Shown here: positions 9,987 through 18,516 of the stretch, in pieces | How the letters are laid out: the number at the start of each line of letters is the position of its first letter | Numbering within the stretch: position 1 is the first letter of the stretch | Assembly: GCA_963845565.1 (NCBI GenBank) | Contig: CAWJSJ010000001.1 | Location: 416,001 to 480,000, forward strand | From: an uncultured Methylomirabilota bacterium | GTDB lineage: Bacteria > Methylomirabilota > Methylomirabilia > Methylomirabilales > 2-02-FULL-66-22 | Direction: 5' to 3' | Length of the DNA stretch: 64,000 nt | The notes under the pieces: model-generated | The model's database searches: none | Told to the model about the DNA's origin: nothing | What the model saw: the letters and a program-made list of their open reading frames with translations, nothing else | Made by a program: the position numbers and the translations under genes

Positions 9987-11018
9987 TCACGGCACGAGCA
10001 CGACCTTCCCGAACACGGCGCGACCTTCCAAGAGACGATGCCCTTCCGCGCAGTCCGCCAGGGGGAGCGTCCGGTCAATCACCGGGCGCAGGCTGCCCCG
10101 TGCCAGGTGGCCGAACACCGTCAGCATGTCCGCCTTGGTGCCCAGGAAAGCGCCCAGGATTGAGATGGACTTCGAGAAGAGGTAGCGGATGTCCACGCTG
10201 CCCTCGTAGCCGGCGCTGGCCCCGCACGTCACGAGCCGCCCGCCCGATGCGATGTTCGGGATGAGCGTCTGCCAGGTGGCGCCGCCCACGTGCTCGAAGA
10301 CCACGTCCACCCCACGTTTGCCCGTGAGCCGGCGGATCTCCTGAGCGAGATCCTGGCGCGCGTAGTTGATCCCCTCGTCCGCCCCCAAGGCCGTCGCCTT
10401 CACGAGCTTCTCGTCGGTGCCTGCCACCGCGATCACCCGCGCGCCAACCAGCTTCGCGATCTGCACCGCGGCGGTGCCGACGCCGCTCCCGGCCCCCATC
10501 ACCAGGACGTCCTCGCCAGCCGCCAGGTGTGCCTGAGTGGCGAGCATGTTCCAGGCGGTCAGGAACGCGACGGGAACCGCGGCCGCGCCGGTGTAGGCCA
10601 GCGAATCGGGAAGGGGAAGGCAGTTGACCTCGGGAACGCAGACGAAATCCGCACACCCGCCATCCATCACGTAGCCGCCGACCACCTTGAACCCGCGGCA
10701 CAGGTTGTCGTCTCCTCGGAGGCAGGCGGCGCACTGACCGCAGGAGATTCCAGGAGAGACCAAGATGCGCTGGCCGACCGTGATACGGGAGCACATGGCG
10801 CCCAGGGAGACCACCTCGCCCGCGATGTCACATCCGCCGATCTTCGGAAGTGGCACCTTCATTCCCGGCAAGCCCCTTCGCAGCCAGATGTCGAGATGGT
10901 TCAGTGCCACCGCCTTCACGCGAAGCAGAACCTCCGTCGGTCGCGGAGTGGGATCCGCCACATCCTCGTACCGCAGCACCTCGGGGCCTCCGTGTTCATG
11001 AAATCGAACTGCTTTCAT
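9987..11018 (-). CDS. Zinc-binding medium-chain dehydrogenase / quinone oxidoreductase
   Basis: CGQCAAC..C structural zinc motif; GAGSGVG motif; GKVVL terminus. Confidence 0.9.
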   Translation of the reverse strand: MKAVRFHEHGGPEVLRYEDVADPTPRPTEVLLRVKAVALNHLDIWLRRGLPGMKVPLPKIGGCDIAGEVVSLGAMCSRITVGQRILVSPGISCGQCAACLRGDDNLCRGFKVVGGYVMDGGCADFVCVPEVNCLPLPDSLAYTGAAAVPVAFLTAWNMLATQAHLAAGEDVLVMGAGSGVGTAAVQIAKLVGARVIAVAGTDEKLVKATALGADEGINYARQDLAQEIRRLTGKRGVDVVFEHVGGATWQTLIPNIASGGRLVTCGASAGYEGSVDIRYLFSKSISILGAFLGTKADMLTVFGHLARGSLRPVIDRTLPLADCAEGHRLLEGRAVFGKVVLVP

Positions 11019-11357
11019 GGGACCTCCTCATATGTGCGGTTGGTGGATTTGTGAACTGATGGATTGGTCAAGCGGCCACCTCGGAAAATGGGAAATTCCG
11101 ACCTCGACCTATCACGTTGCCAGATTGCCCGGTAGCCCAATCGCCGACTTGACCAATTGGCACCTCGACGAATTGACCAACCGACGCCGTGCGTCAGCGC
11201 GGGGAATCGTAATCGCCTGGAAGGCAAGAGTCAAATCGATCGTCCATGCACAGCGCACCGTCGCCGCAGCGGGGGCACCGCGGAGCCGTTGGCCGGTTGG
11301 GGGAATGCTCTTGACTTACACCGGGTGGGAGAGGTACGAGTATCTGCCAGCATCACC

Positions 11358-11516
11358 ATGTCCGGGCTTTGCCGCAGGGGAGAACACGCTGTGGGAGTGC
11401 CCCAAGCCGGGATGCCGACAAGTCCTCCCAGCCGAAGCGGACCTGCGCGGCCAGCGGAACCGCAGAAGCCAAAGCTCCTCGACCGCCTGCGCGAGGTCCT
11501 GCGGGCCCGCAACTAC
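11358..11516 (+). pseudogene. intI: 5' remnant of an integron integrase
   Basis: KPKLLDRLREVLRARNY resembles IntI N-termini; similarity stops abruptly; an attC array follows. Confidence 0.7.
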
Positions 11517-11610
11517 ATTTCCCACGTCGTGAACGACAATCTGGCGGCTCCCGCGCCCGCGCAATGGAGCGGCGACTGGCCAGCCGCAGTCGGGCGTCAC
11601 GCGCCGCGCC

Positions 11611-11702
11611 GCCCAACCGCGCCTGCAGCCGCCACCCCTCCCTGCGGTCGGGGCAAGCCCCGCACGCGTGCGGGGTGCGGCTGAGCCGCCGCTCCGTTAG
11701 CC
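11611..11702 (+). mobile_element. attC site 1
   Basis: GCCCAAC..CTGCAGCCG..CGGCTGAG..GTTAGCC imperfect palindrome. Confidence 0.85.
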
Positions 11703-11709
11703 CGGGAGA

Positions 11710-11997
11710 TCAAGCAGCCGCCAGTTTCTTGACCTGAAACGTCCGGCGCTTGGCTTCCGCGTGGGCCAAATCGTATTGAAGTTGCTGGCGCAACCAGCTC
11801 TCGGCGGTCGTGTTGAAAGCCATCGATAACCGGACGGCCATTTCCGGGCTGATCCCGGAGCGGCCGTTCAGAATGCTCGATAGGGTCTTGCGGCTCACCC
11901 CAAGCGCCTGGGCCGCCTCGGTCACGCTCAGGTCGAGGGGCTCAAGGCAGAGCCCCCGCAGGATTTCCCCGGGATGGGGAGGGTTGTGCATCTTCAT
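11710..11997 (-). CDS. higA: HigA antitoxin (Xre HTH)
   Basis: [29 protein letters not shown]. Confidence 0.93.
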   Translation of the reverse strand: MKMHNPPHPGEILRGLCLEPLDLSVTEAAQALGVSRKTLSSILNGRSGISPEMAVRLSMAFNTTAESWLRQQLQYDLAHAEAKRRTFQVKKLAAA

Positions 11998-12004
11998 GGG
12001 GGAC

Positions 12005-12286
12005 TCAGTGGTAGTCTTCATAGTCAACATCCTCAACGTCGGAGGCAGACATCGTAAATGTCACGCGCCAGTTGCCGCTCACCCGTACCGCCCAACTCCC
12101 CTTCCGGTCCCCTTTCAGGGGGTGAAGGTCCAAGCCCGGCAGCGCCATGTCTCGCGCTTCGACCGCCACGTGGAGACGACCCAAGATGAGTCGCAGCCTA
12201 CTGGCATGCTTGGCCTGGATTCCGGCCGTCGTGCCACGCAGGAAGAACCGTTCCAGACCCTTGTGTCGGAAGGTGAGTATCGCCAC
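12005..12286 (-). CDS. higB: HigB/RelE-family toxin
   Basis: [27 protein letters not shown]; upstream of higA. Confidence 0.93.
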   Translation of the reverse strand: MAILTFRHKGLERFFLRGTTAGIQAKHASRLRLILGRLHVAVEARDMALPGLDLHPLKGDRKGSWAVRVSGNWRVTFTMSASDVEDVDYEDYH

Positions 12287-12294
12287 GTCGGGAG

Positions 12295-12320
12295 TGTAAC
12301 ACGTAACGTTCCGGGTTACA
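12295..12320 (-). promoter_or_regulatory. Putative HigA operator/promoter
   Basis: TGTAAC-N14-GTTACA palindrome just upstream of higB. Confidence 0.6.
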
Positions 12321-12325
12321 ACCCC

Positions 12326-12418
12326 GACTAACATCTGCCTGCAGCAGATGGCGCGAAGGGGCGCCAGGACGAAAAGCCACGTTATCGTCTCGCGCCACTG
12401 CTGAGGCTCGCGTTAGGT
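12326..12418 (+). mobile_element. attC site 2
   Basis: GACTAAC..CTGCAGCAGATGGCGCGA..TCGCGCCACTGCTGAG..GTTAGGT. Confidence 0.9.
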
Positions 12419-12427
12419 GGACGCCAG

Positions 12428-12754
12428 ATGATGCCGCTGCAGAAGCGTTGGACGGAGCACGCGGCGAGGTTCGGGGGAATCGTCCGGCTCAACGCCCCGG
12501 TCCACGTCGGCAGCCCGCCGTTCGTCGCTCCGGTACTACTCCAAGGCTTTGGGGCGAGGCGCGGAATGGTTTTGGTCGCGACCTATCGTGAGATCCAGGC
12601 GATCACTGACGTGCTTGCGGAAGCGGGGTACGGCTACTCCTGCCTCGGCGATCCCGGCGACGCCGATCCGGATGAAGTCGCTGTTGTAGAGATGCTCGTC
12701 GACTGGGGCTGGTCCGGGCCCGGGCAGCCGCCGAGTTGGTATGGTGCAGCCTAA
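12428..12754 (+). CDS. Hypothetical gene-cassette protein
   Basis: ORF fills the space between two attC sites; its stop codon lies within the GCCTAAC box. Confidence 0.75.
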   Translation: MMPLQKRWTEHAARFGGIVRLNAPVHVGSPPFVAPVLLQGFGARRGMVLVATYREIQAITDVLAEAGYGYSCLGDPGDADPDEVAVVEMLVDWGWSGPGQPPSWYGAA

Positions 12755-12820
12755 CCCTTCGCTCCAACCGATACGCTAGGGTTTGCGGCCTCCGCGTGCG
12801 GCTGAGGTCAAACATTAGGC
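12749..12820 (+). mobile_element. attC site 3 (R' mutated to ATTAGGC)
   Basis: GCCTAAC..CTCCAACCG..CGGCTGAG..ATTAGGC. Confidence 0.75.
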
Positions 12821-12845
12821 GGCAAAATCCATATCGAGGTAGATC

Positions 12846-13355
12846 ATGAGCATCGAAGCAGGCTACATCCTTGGTGCAATTGCCATTGGTATTGGCGCAA
12901 CTCTGATCATGGACCTTTGGAATCTGTTCCTGAAGCGTACGTTCAGCATTCCATCGCTCAACTACTGTTTGCTCGGACGCTGGCTTCGCCACATGCCGGG
13001 GGGCACGGTTCGGCATGCGAGTATCGCCGCCGCGCCACAGAAACCCTTTGAGTGCACGGTTGGCTGGATTGCCCACTACACCATTGGTGTCGTGTTCGCG
13101 CTTGTGTTCGTCGTTCTGACATCAGGTGATTGGCTTGCGCGACCCACTTTGCTGCCTGCGCTGCTCTACGGCATTGGCACCGTTGTGTTCCCGTTCTTCA
13201 TCCTGCAGCCGTCGTTCGGCCTCGGCATGGCTGCCTCAAGAACGCCCAAACCAGCGCAGGCCAGGCTGAAGAGCCTTGTGACACATACCGTATTCGGAGT
13301 CGGGCTGTATGTGTGTGCACTTGGCGTGAGCTACGTGCTACGGGTTCATGCCTAA
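12846..13355 (+). CDS. DUF2938-family membrane protein (cassette)
   Basis: GIGATLIMDLW, GWIAHY and QPSFGLG..S.TP motifs. Confidence 0.85.
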   Translation: MSIEAGYILGAIAIGIGATLIMDLWNLFLKRTFSIPSLNYCLLGRWLRHMPGGTVRHASIAAAPQKPFECTVGWIAHYTIGVVFALVFVVLTSGDWLARPTLLPALLYGIGTVVFPFFILQPSFGLGMAASRTPKPAQARLKSLVTHTVFGVGLYVCALGVSYVLRVHA

Positions 13356-13415
13356 ACGCTTTGCAGCGGATGCTCCGCCTATCGGCGGCACGCCCCTGAA
13401 CTGGAACGGTTGGCT
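13350..13415 (+). mobile_element. attC site 4 (degenerate)
   Basis: GCCTAAAC..TTGCAGCGG..CCCTGAA..GTTGGCT. Confidence 0.6.
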
Positions 13416-13439
13416 TGTAAGAAAGAGGAATATGGGGCC

Positions 13440-13988
13440 ATGAATCCAAAGATCGTTATCAGGAACGAGACGCATGACGATGTGTGCGCGATAACTGAGG
13501 TGACTATCGCAGCGTTCAAGACCTTGGAGATCAGCCACTACACGGAGCAGTTCATCATCGAGGCGCTACGTGCGGCCAGAGCCCTTACGGTATCGCTGGT
13601 CGCAGAACTGGATGGCCGGGTGATAGCGCACATTGCTTTCTCTCCCGTGACCATTTCCGACGGCACACCGAACTGGTACGGACTTGGACCTGTCTCCGTC
13701 TCGCCGGAGTTCCAACGGAGGGGCATCGGCAACGCACTGATACGAGAAGGGTTGTTTCGCCTGAAAGATATGAATGCTCAAGGATGTTGTCTCGTGGGAC
13801 ATCCGGATTACTACAGGAGATTCGGGTTCACGAACATATCTGGACTTGTGCATGAGGGGGTGCCGCAGGAGTTCTTCTTCGCCCTGTCTTTCGACGGGCA
13901 TACTCCGCAGGGCACTGTCGCTTTCCACGAAGGTTTTAAAGCGGATGGCCAACAAACGGGTGCAGGCGACGCTTTACAGCGCGCCTGA
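13440..13988 (+). CDS. GNAT acetyltransferase, YhbS-like (cassette)
   Basis: HIAFSPV, LGPVSV.P..QRRGIG and GHPDYYRRFGF motifs; the ORF runs into its attC. Confidence 0.9.
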   Translation: MNPKIVIRNETHDDVCAITEVTIAAFKTLEISHYTEQFIIEALRAARALTVSLVAELDGRVIAHIAFSPVTISDGTPNWYGLGPVSVSPEFQRRGIGNALIREGLFRLKDMNAQGCCLVGHPDYYRRFGFTNISGLVHEGVPQEFFFALSFDGHTPQGTVAFHEGFKADGQQTGAGDALQRA

Positions 13989-14003
13989 CCCCTAGCGTTG
14001 GCC
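13947..14003 (+). mobile_element. attC site 5
   Basis: GGCCAAC..GTGCAGGCGACGCT..AGCGCGCCTGAC..GTTGGCC. Confidence 0.88.
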
Positions 14004-14053
14004 GACACCTAGCCAAACGCGGCTATCACTGTATCCATTGTCAGGAGGGTCCG

Positions 14054-14783
14054 ATGACTATTACGAACAGGCAGTCCCGGACAAATGTGTATGAAGTTGC
14101 CGAAGGGATCTACCGCATCAATACTCCCGTGGTGTTCGAAGGCGGCGGAGGGTTTTCGTTCAACCAATACCTTTTGGTGGATGATGAACACGTTGCTTTT
14201 TCACACCGGGCCGCGAAAGATGTTTCCGCTAGTGCGTGAAGCGGTCGCGAGCGTTTTGCCGGTCGAGAGGCTTCGCTACATTGCGTTTTCCCATGTGGAA
14301 GCCGACGAGTGTGGCTCGCTGAACGAATGGCTTGTCGCCGCTCCGCGGTCTGTACCACTGTGCGGCAGGGTTGCTGCCATGGTATCGATCGGCGACCTTG
14401 CTGATCGGGCACCCCGGGCGCTCGCCGATGAAGAGCTGCTCCTTCTGGGGAAGCACTCCGTGCGTTGGTTCGACACGCCGCATTTGCCACACGCGTGGGA
14501 ATGCGGCTTTCTGAAGGAAGAACGAACCTCTACCTTGCTGTGCGGTGACCTGTTCACGCAGGGTGGCAATGATCTCCCGCCCATCACGGAGTCGGACATT
14601 CTTGGGCCGAGCGAGGCTTTCCGCCATGAGATGGACTACTTCTCGCACACGAAGAACGCGCGCGTAATGTTTGAGAAGCTTGCGTCGACAAACCCGGCAA
14701 CACTCGCGTGCATGCACGGTAGCGCATGGCGTGGTGACGGGGCAAGATTGCTTCGTGCTCTGGCTGATGCGCTCTCTGAGTGA
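14054..14783 (+). pseudogene. Metallo-beta-lactamase-fold (FprA/ODP-like) protein with a +1 frameshift near 14190
   Basis: FSFNQYLLVDDE is in one frame and LLFHTG..FSHVEADECG..PHAWE..GDLF is in the next. Confidence 0.8.
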
Positions 14784-14811
14784 TTTGCCCACAACTGGGC
14801 ATGGACAGGTC

Positions 14812-14871
14812 ACCCAACCAGGCGCTCCAGCGAAGGCGGATACGCCGCGCCGCTGCGCGTGGTCGTGAGGC
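14812..14871 (+). mobile_element. attC site 6 (R' mutated to GTGAGGC)
   Basis: ACCCAAC..CTCCAGCG..CGCTGCG..GTGAGGC. Confidence 0.7.
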
Positions 14872-14939
14872 GCCAGGAACGCTGCACGGCCGACCCCGTC
14901 CGCCTGGAAGGCGCGCCCCTTTCACCCCAGGAGTCGCCA

Positions 14940-15326
14940 ATGAGCGTGCGAGTTGTCCGCCTCGGAACCCAGCGCATCCCCGGAGAAGGAACAAGGATCG
15001 GAACGGTTCGTCGCCCTCCTCGTGGTGTGCCGAAAGCACAGTTCGCAACGCAGAACTGGTACGACGTGTGGTTTCCGAACCTCGCCCCGAGCGTCGAGAC
15101 CATGAAGCTTGGGCAAGAAGCCGCGTCGTCAGTGCAATGGTCGGCGTTCGCGCGGAAGTACAAGGCCGAAATGGCTGCGCCCGAGGCAAAGCATGACCTG
15201 GAACTCCTGGCCGTGTTGTCGCACGCCACCGACTTCTCTGTGGGGTGCTACTGCGAGCACGAAGACCGTTGCCACCGTTCTATCTTGAAGCAGCTTCTCG
15301 TCGAGAACGGGGCAAAGGTGGAGTAG
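14940..15326 (+). CDS. DUF488-family protein (cassette)
   Basis: IGTVRRPPRGV, YDVWFPNLAPS and CYCE...CHRS motifs. Confidence 0.85.
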   Translation: MSVRVVRLGTQRIPGEGTRIGTVRRPPRGVPKAQFATQNWYDVWFPNLAPSVETMKLGQEAASSVQWSAFARKYKAEMAAPEAKHDLELLAVLSHATDFSVGCYCEHEDRCHRSILKQLLVENGAKVE

Positions 15327-15348
15327 TCGTGTTAACGAAGGCAATGAC

Positions 15349-15413
15349 GCTTAACCTCTCGCTCACGCCGACCGCCAACGGCCCGCCACGCCTTTGGTCT
15401 TCGATGGTTGGGG
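15349..15413 (+). mobile_element. Truncated or degenerate attC site 7
   Basis: GCTTAAC-CTCTCGCTCACGCCGACC left arm; right arm poorly conserved. Confidence 0.45.
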
Positions 15414-15469
15414 CTGCGGGTATTGCGCGCCAGGGAACACATTGAACCTCCGAACGCAGGGAGAAGGCC

Positions 15470-16588
15470 GTGCCGATCATTGAAGCTGAATTCATGGAAC
15501 GGACAACCCGGCTCGACGTTCAGGAGTTCTGGGCGGAGAACGCTGGCTGTGAAGCGTTCACGACCAACAAGCCGCGCTGTGCGCTGTCGTTCTCGCCGGA
15601 CGACCACTGGCTGTTCGAGTTCACGCACGCGCCTTCGACGCTGCGGTATTATCAGGACAAAGCGTATCGAGATCAATTGCATCGCGAAGCCAATCAGGTA
15701 ACATCGACCTATGTGGGGCGGACGTTCTTTGAAAATGACACGTGGGTTTACAGCCCCAAGCGGATCGAGAACCTGTTTGGCTCCGACTTCACCTACACCG
15801 AAGGCAGCACGCCCTGGCTGGCGCACGTCACCGATGACCCGGCGGAATTCGCGCGGGTTCTCGACCGCGCCGAGGCAACCGATGTCAAGGAGTGGGCCTT
15901 GCCGGACGAGTACCGGCGCGAATGGGAAGCGCGTCGGGCGCGGGGGCTGGAGGCGCCGCTGCTGGGCACGGGCAGCCGGGGGCCCGCCACGATCATGACC
16001 TCGGTCTTGCAGCCCGAGATCGTTTTCTTCTGGTGTTACGATCATCCGCAGCTCATGCAGCGATTCCGAGATATCCTGGCCACCAAGATGATCGAATTGA
16101 ACCGGGCCTTGCGCGAATTTTCCGGCAACACGCAGTCGGGCTGGTGGATCACGGACGACAACTGCACGCTATTCAACCGTGCGCTCTACCGCGAATATTG
16201 CGTCCCGGTGCTCGAAAAGGTATTGGACGCGATGGCCCCGCGCGGCTCGTGGCGTTATCAACACTCGGACAGCGCCATGGGCCACCTGCTCGGGTATCAG
16301 CGCGAACTGGGAATCACGAGTGTGAACTATGGGCCAGAGGTGGACGCGGCCTTCATCCGGGAGAGCATGCCCGAGGCCATCATCAATGGCCATACGCCGC
16401 CATTTCTGCTGCGCAACGGCTCGGCGGACGAAATCAAGGCGCGCGTGACGGCCGATTTCCAAAAGGCGGGCGCGACCGGCGGGCTGATCGTCACGACGGC
16501 GGGGTCGCTGGCGGCGGGTACCGGGGTCGGCCGAATGCGCTGGTACATGCAGTTGGTGCAAGAGCATTGTCGGTACAATCAGAGGTGA
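15470..16588 (+). CDS. Uroporphyrinogen decarboxylase / MtaA-CmuA superfamily protein
   Basis: RGPAT, DD.C.LF...LYREY..P, HSDS and G..PP..LRNG motifs. Confidence 0.7.
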   Translation: MPIIEAEFMERTTRLDVQEFWAENAGCEAFTTNKPRCALSFSPDDHWLFEFTHAPSTLRYYQDKAYRDQLHREANQVTSTYVGRTFFENDTWVYSPKRIENLFGSDFTYTEGSTPWLAHVTDDPAEFARVLDRAEATDVKEWALPDEYRREWEARRARGLEAPLLGTGSRGPATIMTSVLQPEIVFFWCYDHPQLMQRFRDILATKMIELNRALREFSGNTQSGWWITDDNCTLFNRALYREYCVPVLEKVLDAMAPRGSWRYQHSDSAMGHLLGYQRELGITSVNYGPEVDAAFIRESMPEAIINGHTPPFLLRNGSADEIKARVTADFQKAGATGGLIVTTAGSLAAGTGVGRMRWYMQLVQEHCRYNQR

Positions 16589-16607
16589 GACGGCGGATGG
16601 TTTTCTC

Positions 16608-16712
16608 TAAGCCGTTGTCAAAGAATCAGTTGAGCGGAGACATTCCGAAACGGCATAAGGAGCCGTAACGAAATAGAAAGAGATGTATAGGTTATTTCGT
16701 AACGGCTCCTAA
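16608..16712. repeat. Composite two-hairpin repeat, copy 2
   Basis: Same arms as 1596-1701 with divergent spacers. Confidence 0.9.
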
Positions 16713-16899
16713 CATCATGCACATGAGCGCCTGATTCCCTTCCGGCATGACGGGCTGAGCCTGCGATCCTGTTACGGCTCAATCCAGCGTCCAGCCGCCA
16801 CTCCCCGCCCGCCCCGAGTTCACCTTCACGCCCTCGGGCGCTCGGCGTACGCGATTTCTTCCCGGATCTCACCTCCCCTCCGTCGCCAATGGCTGTGAC

Positions 16900-16928
16900 T
16901 TGCACGGCATGGGGCCGACCGGTATACT
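16900..16928 (+). promoter_or_regulatory. Sigma70-like promoter of tsaB
   Basis: TTGCAC-N17-TATACT. Confidence 0.6.
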
Positions 16929-16948
16929 GCGCGAACGGAGGGAAGGTC

Positions 16949-17644
16949 ATGCTTGTTCTCGGGATCGAGAGTTCCACCACGCAGGGCGGGGTCGCCATCA
17001 TTGGTGAGGATCGGGTGCTGTGCGAGGCCATCCTGAACGTGGAAGTCACGCACTCGGAGCGGCTACTGCCGGCGGTGGACCGCGCCCTCGGCGAGGCGCG
17101 GATCTCGCTGGAGGCCCTGGGCGGCATCGCGGTAAGTATCGGCCCGGGGTCGTTCACCGGACTGCGTATCGGCCTCAGCACCGCCAAGGGGCTGGCGTAT
17201 GCCACGGGACTCCCGCTCGTCGGCGTGCCTACGCTGGAGGCGATGGCCTGGACGCTCCCCGCGGCGCGGTGGCAGATCTGCCCCGTGCTGGACGCCCGCA
17301 AGCAGGAAGTGTACGCGGCGCTCTTTCAGCACGACCGGGACGGGCTCCGGCGGGTGAGCGCGGACATGGCGGTCGCGCCGGAAGCGCTCTGCCGCCTGAT
17401 CAAGAAACCGACGCTGTTCCTCGGTGACGGCCTGGCCCCCTACCGGGCGCTGTTCGAAGAGCGCCTGGGTGACCGTTTGCTCTTGCCGCCTCTTGCCAGC
17501 CGCGGGGCGCGGCCGGCCTGCGTGGCGGAGCTCGGCCGGCGCCGCCTGCTGCGGGGTGAACGGGATCTGCCCGAGACTCTGGTTCCCTGCTACCTGCGCC
17601 CTTCGGAGGCTGAGCTGCGCCGACGCCCGGGGGTAACCCGGTGA
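16949..17644 (+). CDS. tsaB: tRNA t6A biosynthesis protein TsaB
   Basis: HSERLLP, GPGSFTGLRIG, DARKQEVY and P.YLR motifs. Confidence 0.95.
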   Translation: MLVLGIESSTTQGGVAIIGEDRVLCEAILNVEVTHSERLLPAVDRALGEARISLEALGGIAVSIGPGSFTGLRIGLSTAKGLAYATGLPLVGVPTLEAMAWTLPAARWQICPVLDARKQEVYAALFQHDRDGLRRVSADMAVAPEALCRLIKKPTLFLGDGLAPYRALFEERLGDRLLLPPLASRGARPACVAELGRRRLLRGERDLPETLVPCYLRPSEAELRRRPGVTR

Positions 17645-17657
17645 CCGCCAGGAGACA

Positions 17658-18179
17658 TTGTCGGACCCGGATCATGAGTCGCGTCGTATGAACGAATCGC
17701 AGCCCCGCCAGATTGTGACCGATCTCCTCATCGAGCCGATGAAAAAGGCCGACCTACCGGAGGTCCTGGGCATCGAGGTCGCCTCGTTCTCGCTTCCCTG
17801 GACCGAGGAGATGTTCGATAGCGAATTGACGCAGGACACGCTGGCCGAAGTGCTGGTCGCTCGTCTCCCCGCCGTCGGACACCCCCCGCTCCTCGTGGGG
17901 TATATTTGTGTCTGGGTCGTCACCGACGAGCTGCACATAAACAACTTGGCGGTCCACCCGCGGTGGCGGAAACGGGGAATCGCGCGGGAATTGCTCCACG
18001 CGGCCATGCGGCATGGGCGAGAGCAGGGTGCGCGGGCGGCGTACCTGGAAGTGCGCGCCTCCAACCTGGCCGCCGTGGCTCTCTATCGTCAGGCGCGGTT
18101 CGAGGCGATCGGGGTACGGCCTCGATATTACACGCACCCGGTAGAGGATGCGGTCGTCATGCGTCGAACCGGCCTCTGA
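17658..18179 (+). CDS. rimI: Ribosomal-protein-alanine N-acetyltransferase
   Basis: ELHINNLAVHP, LEVRASN and R..YY..P.EDA motifs; follows tsaB. Confidence 0.92.
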   Translation: MSDPDHESRRMNESQPRQIVTDLLIEPMKKADLPEVLGIEVASFSLPWTEEMFDSELTQDTLAEVLVARLPAVGHPPLLVGYICVWVVTDELHINNLAVHPRWRKRGIARELLHAAMRHGREQGARAAYLEVRASNLAAVALYRQARFEAIGVRPRYYTHPVEDAVVMRRTGL

Positions 18180-18295
18180 TGACGGCCAGGTCGGCGCGCC
18201 TTGACAAGCGTTTGACCGCGCTGGTAGTGTCGGCGCGACGCGCGATACCGATGGAGCTCCCGGGACGGCACCGGCCTGCGACGAGGAGGAACAGG

Positions 18296-18475
18296 ATGAT
18301 TGACAAGGAATTGCTGGAGATTCTGGCCTGTCCGAAATGCAAGACCGAGGTGCGGCTGGACGAGGCCGCGCAGCGCATCGTCTGCCTGTCTGCGACCTGC
18401 GGGCTCCGTTACCCCATCCGGGACGGCATTCCGGTCATGCTGATCGACGAGGCGGAGAAACCGGCCGCCGCTTGA
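18296..18475 (+). CDS. Trm112/YcaR-family protein
   Basis: LLEILACPKCK..YPIRDGIPVMLIDEA. Confidence 0.92.
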   Translation: MIDKELLEILACPKCKTEVRLDEAAQRIVCLSATCGLRYPIRDGIPVMLIDEAEKPAAA

Positions 18476-18516
18476 TCGCCGGTCGATCCGCCGAGTCGAA
18501 ATCACCTGGAGGAGCC

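Noticed and set aside
11157..11684. 175-aa ORF as a functional integrase
   Set aside because: Only a short IntI-like stretch with no catalytic domain, and the ORF reads into attC1
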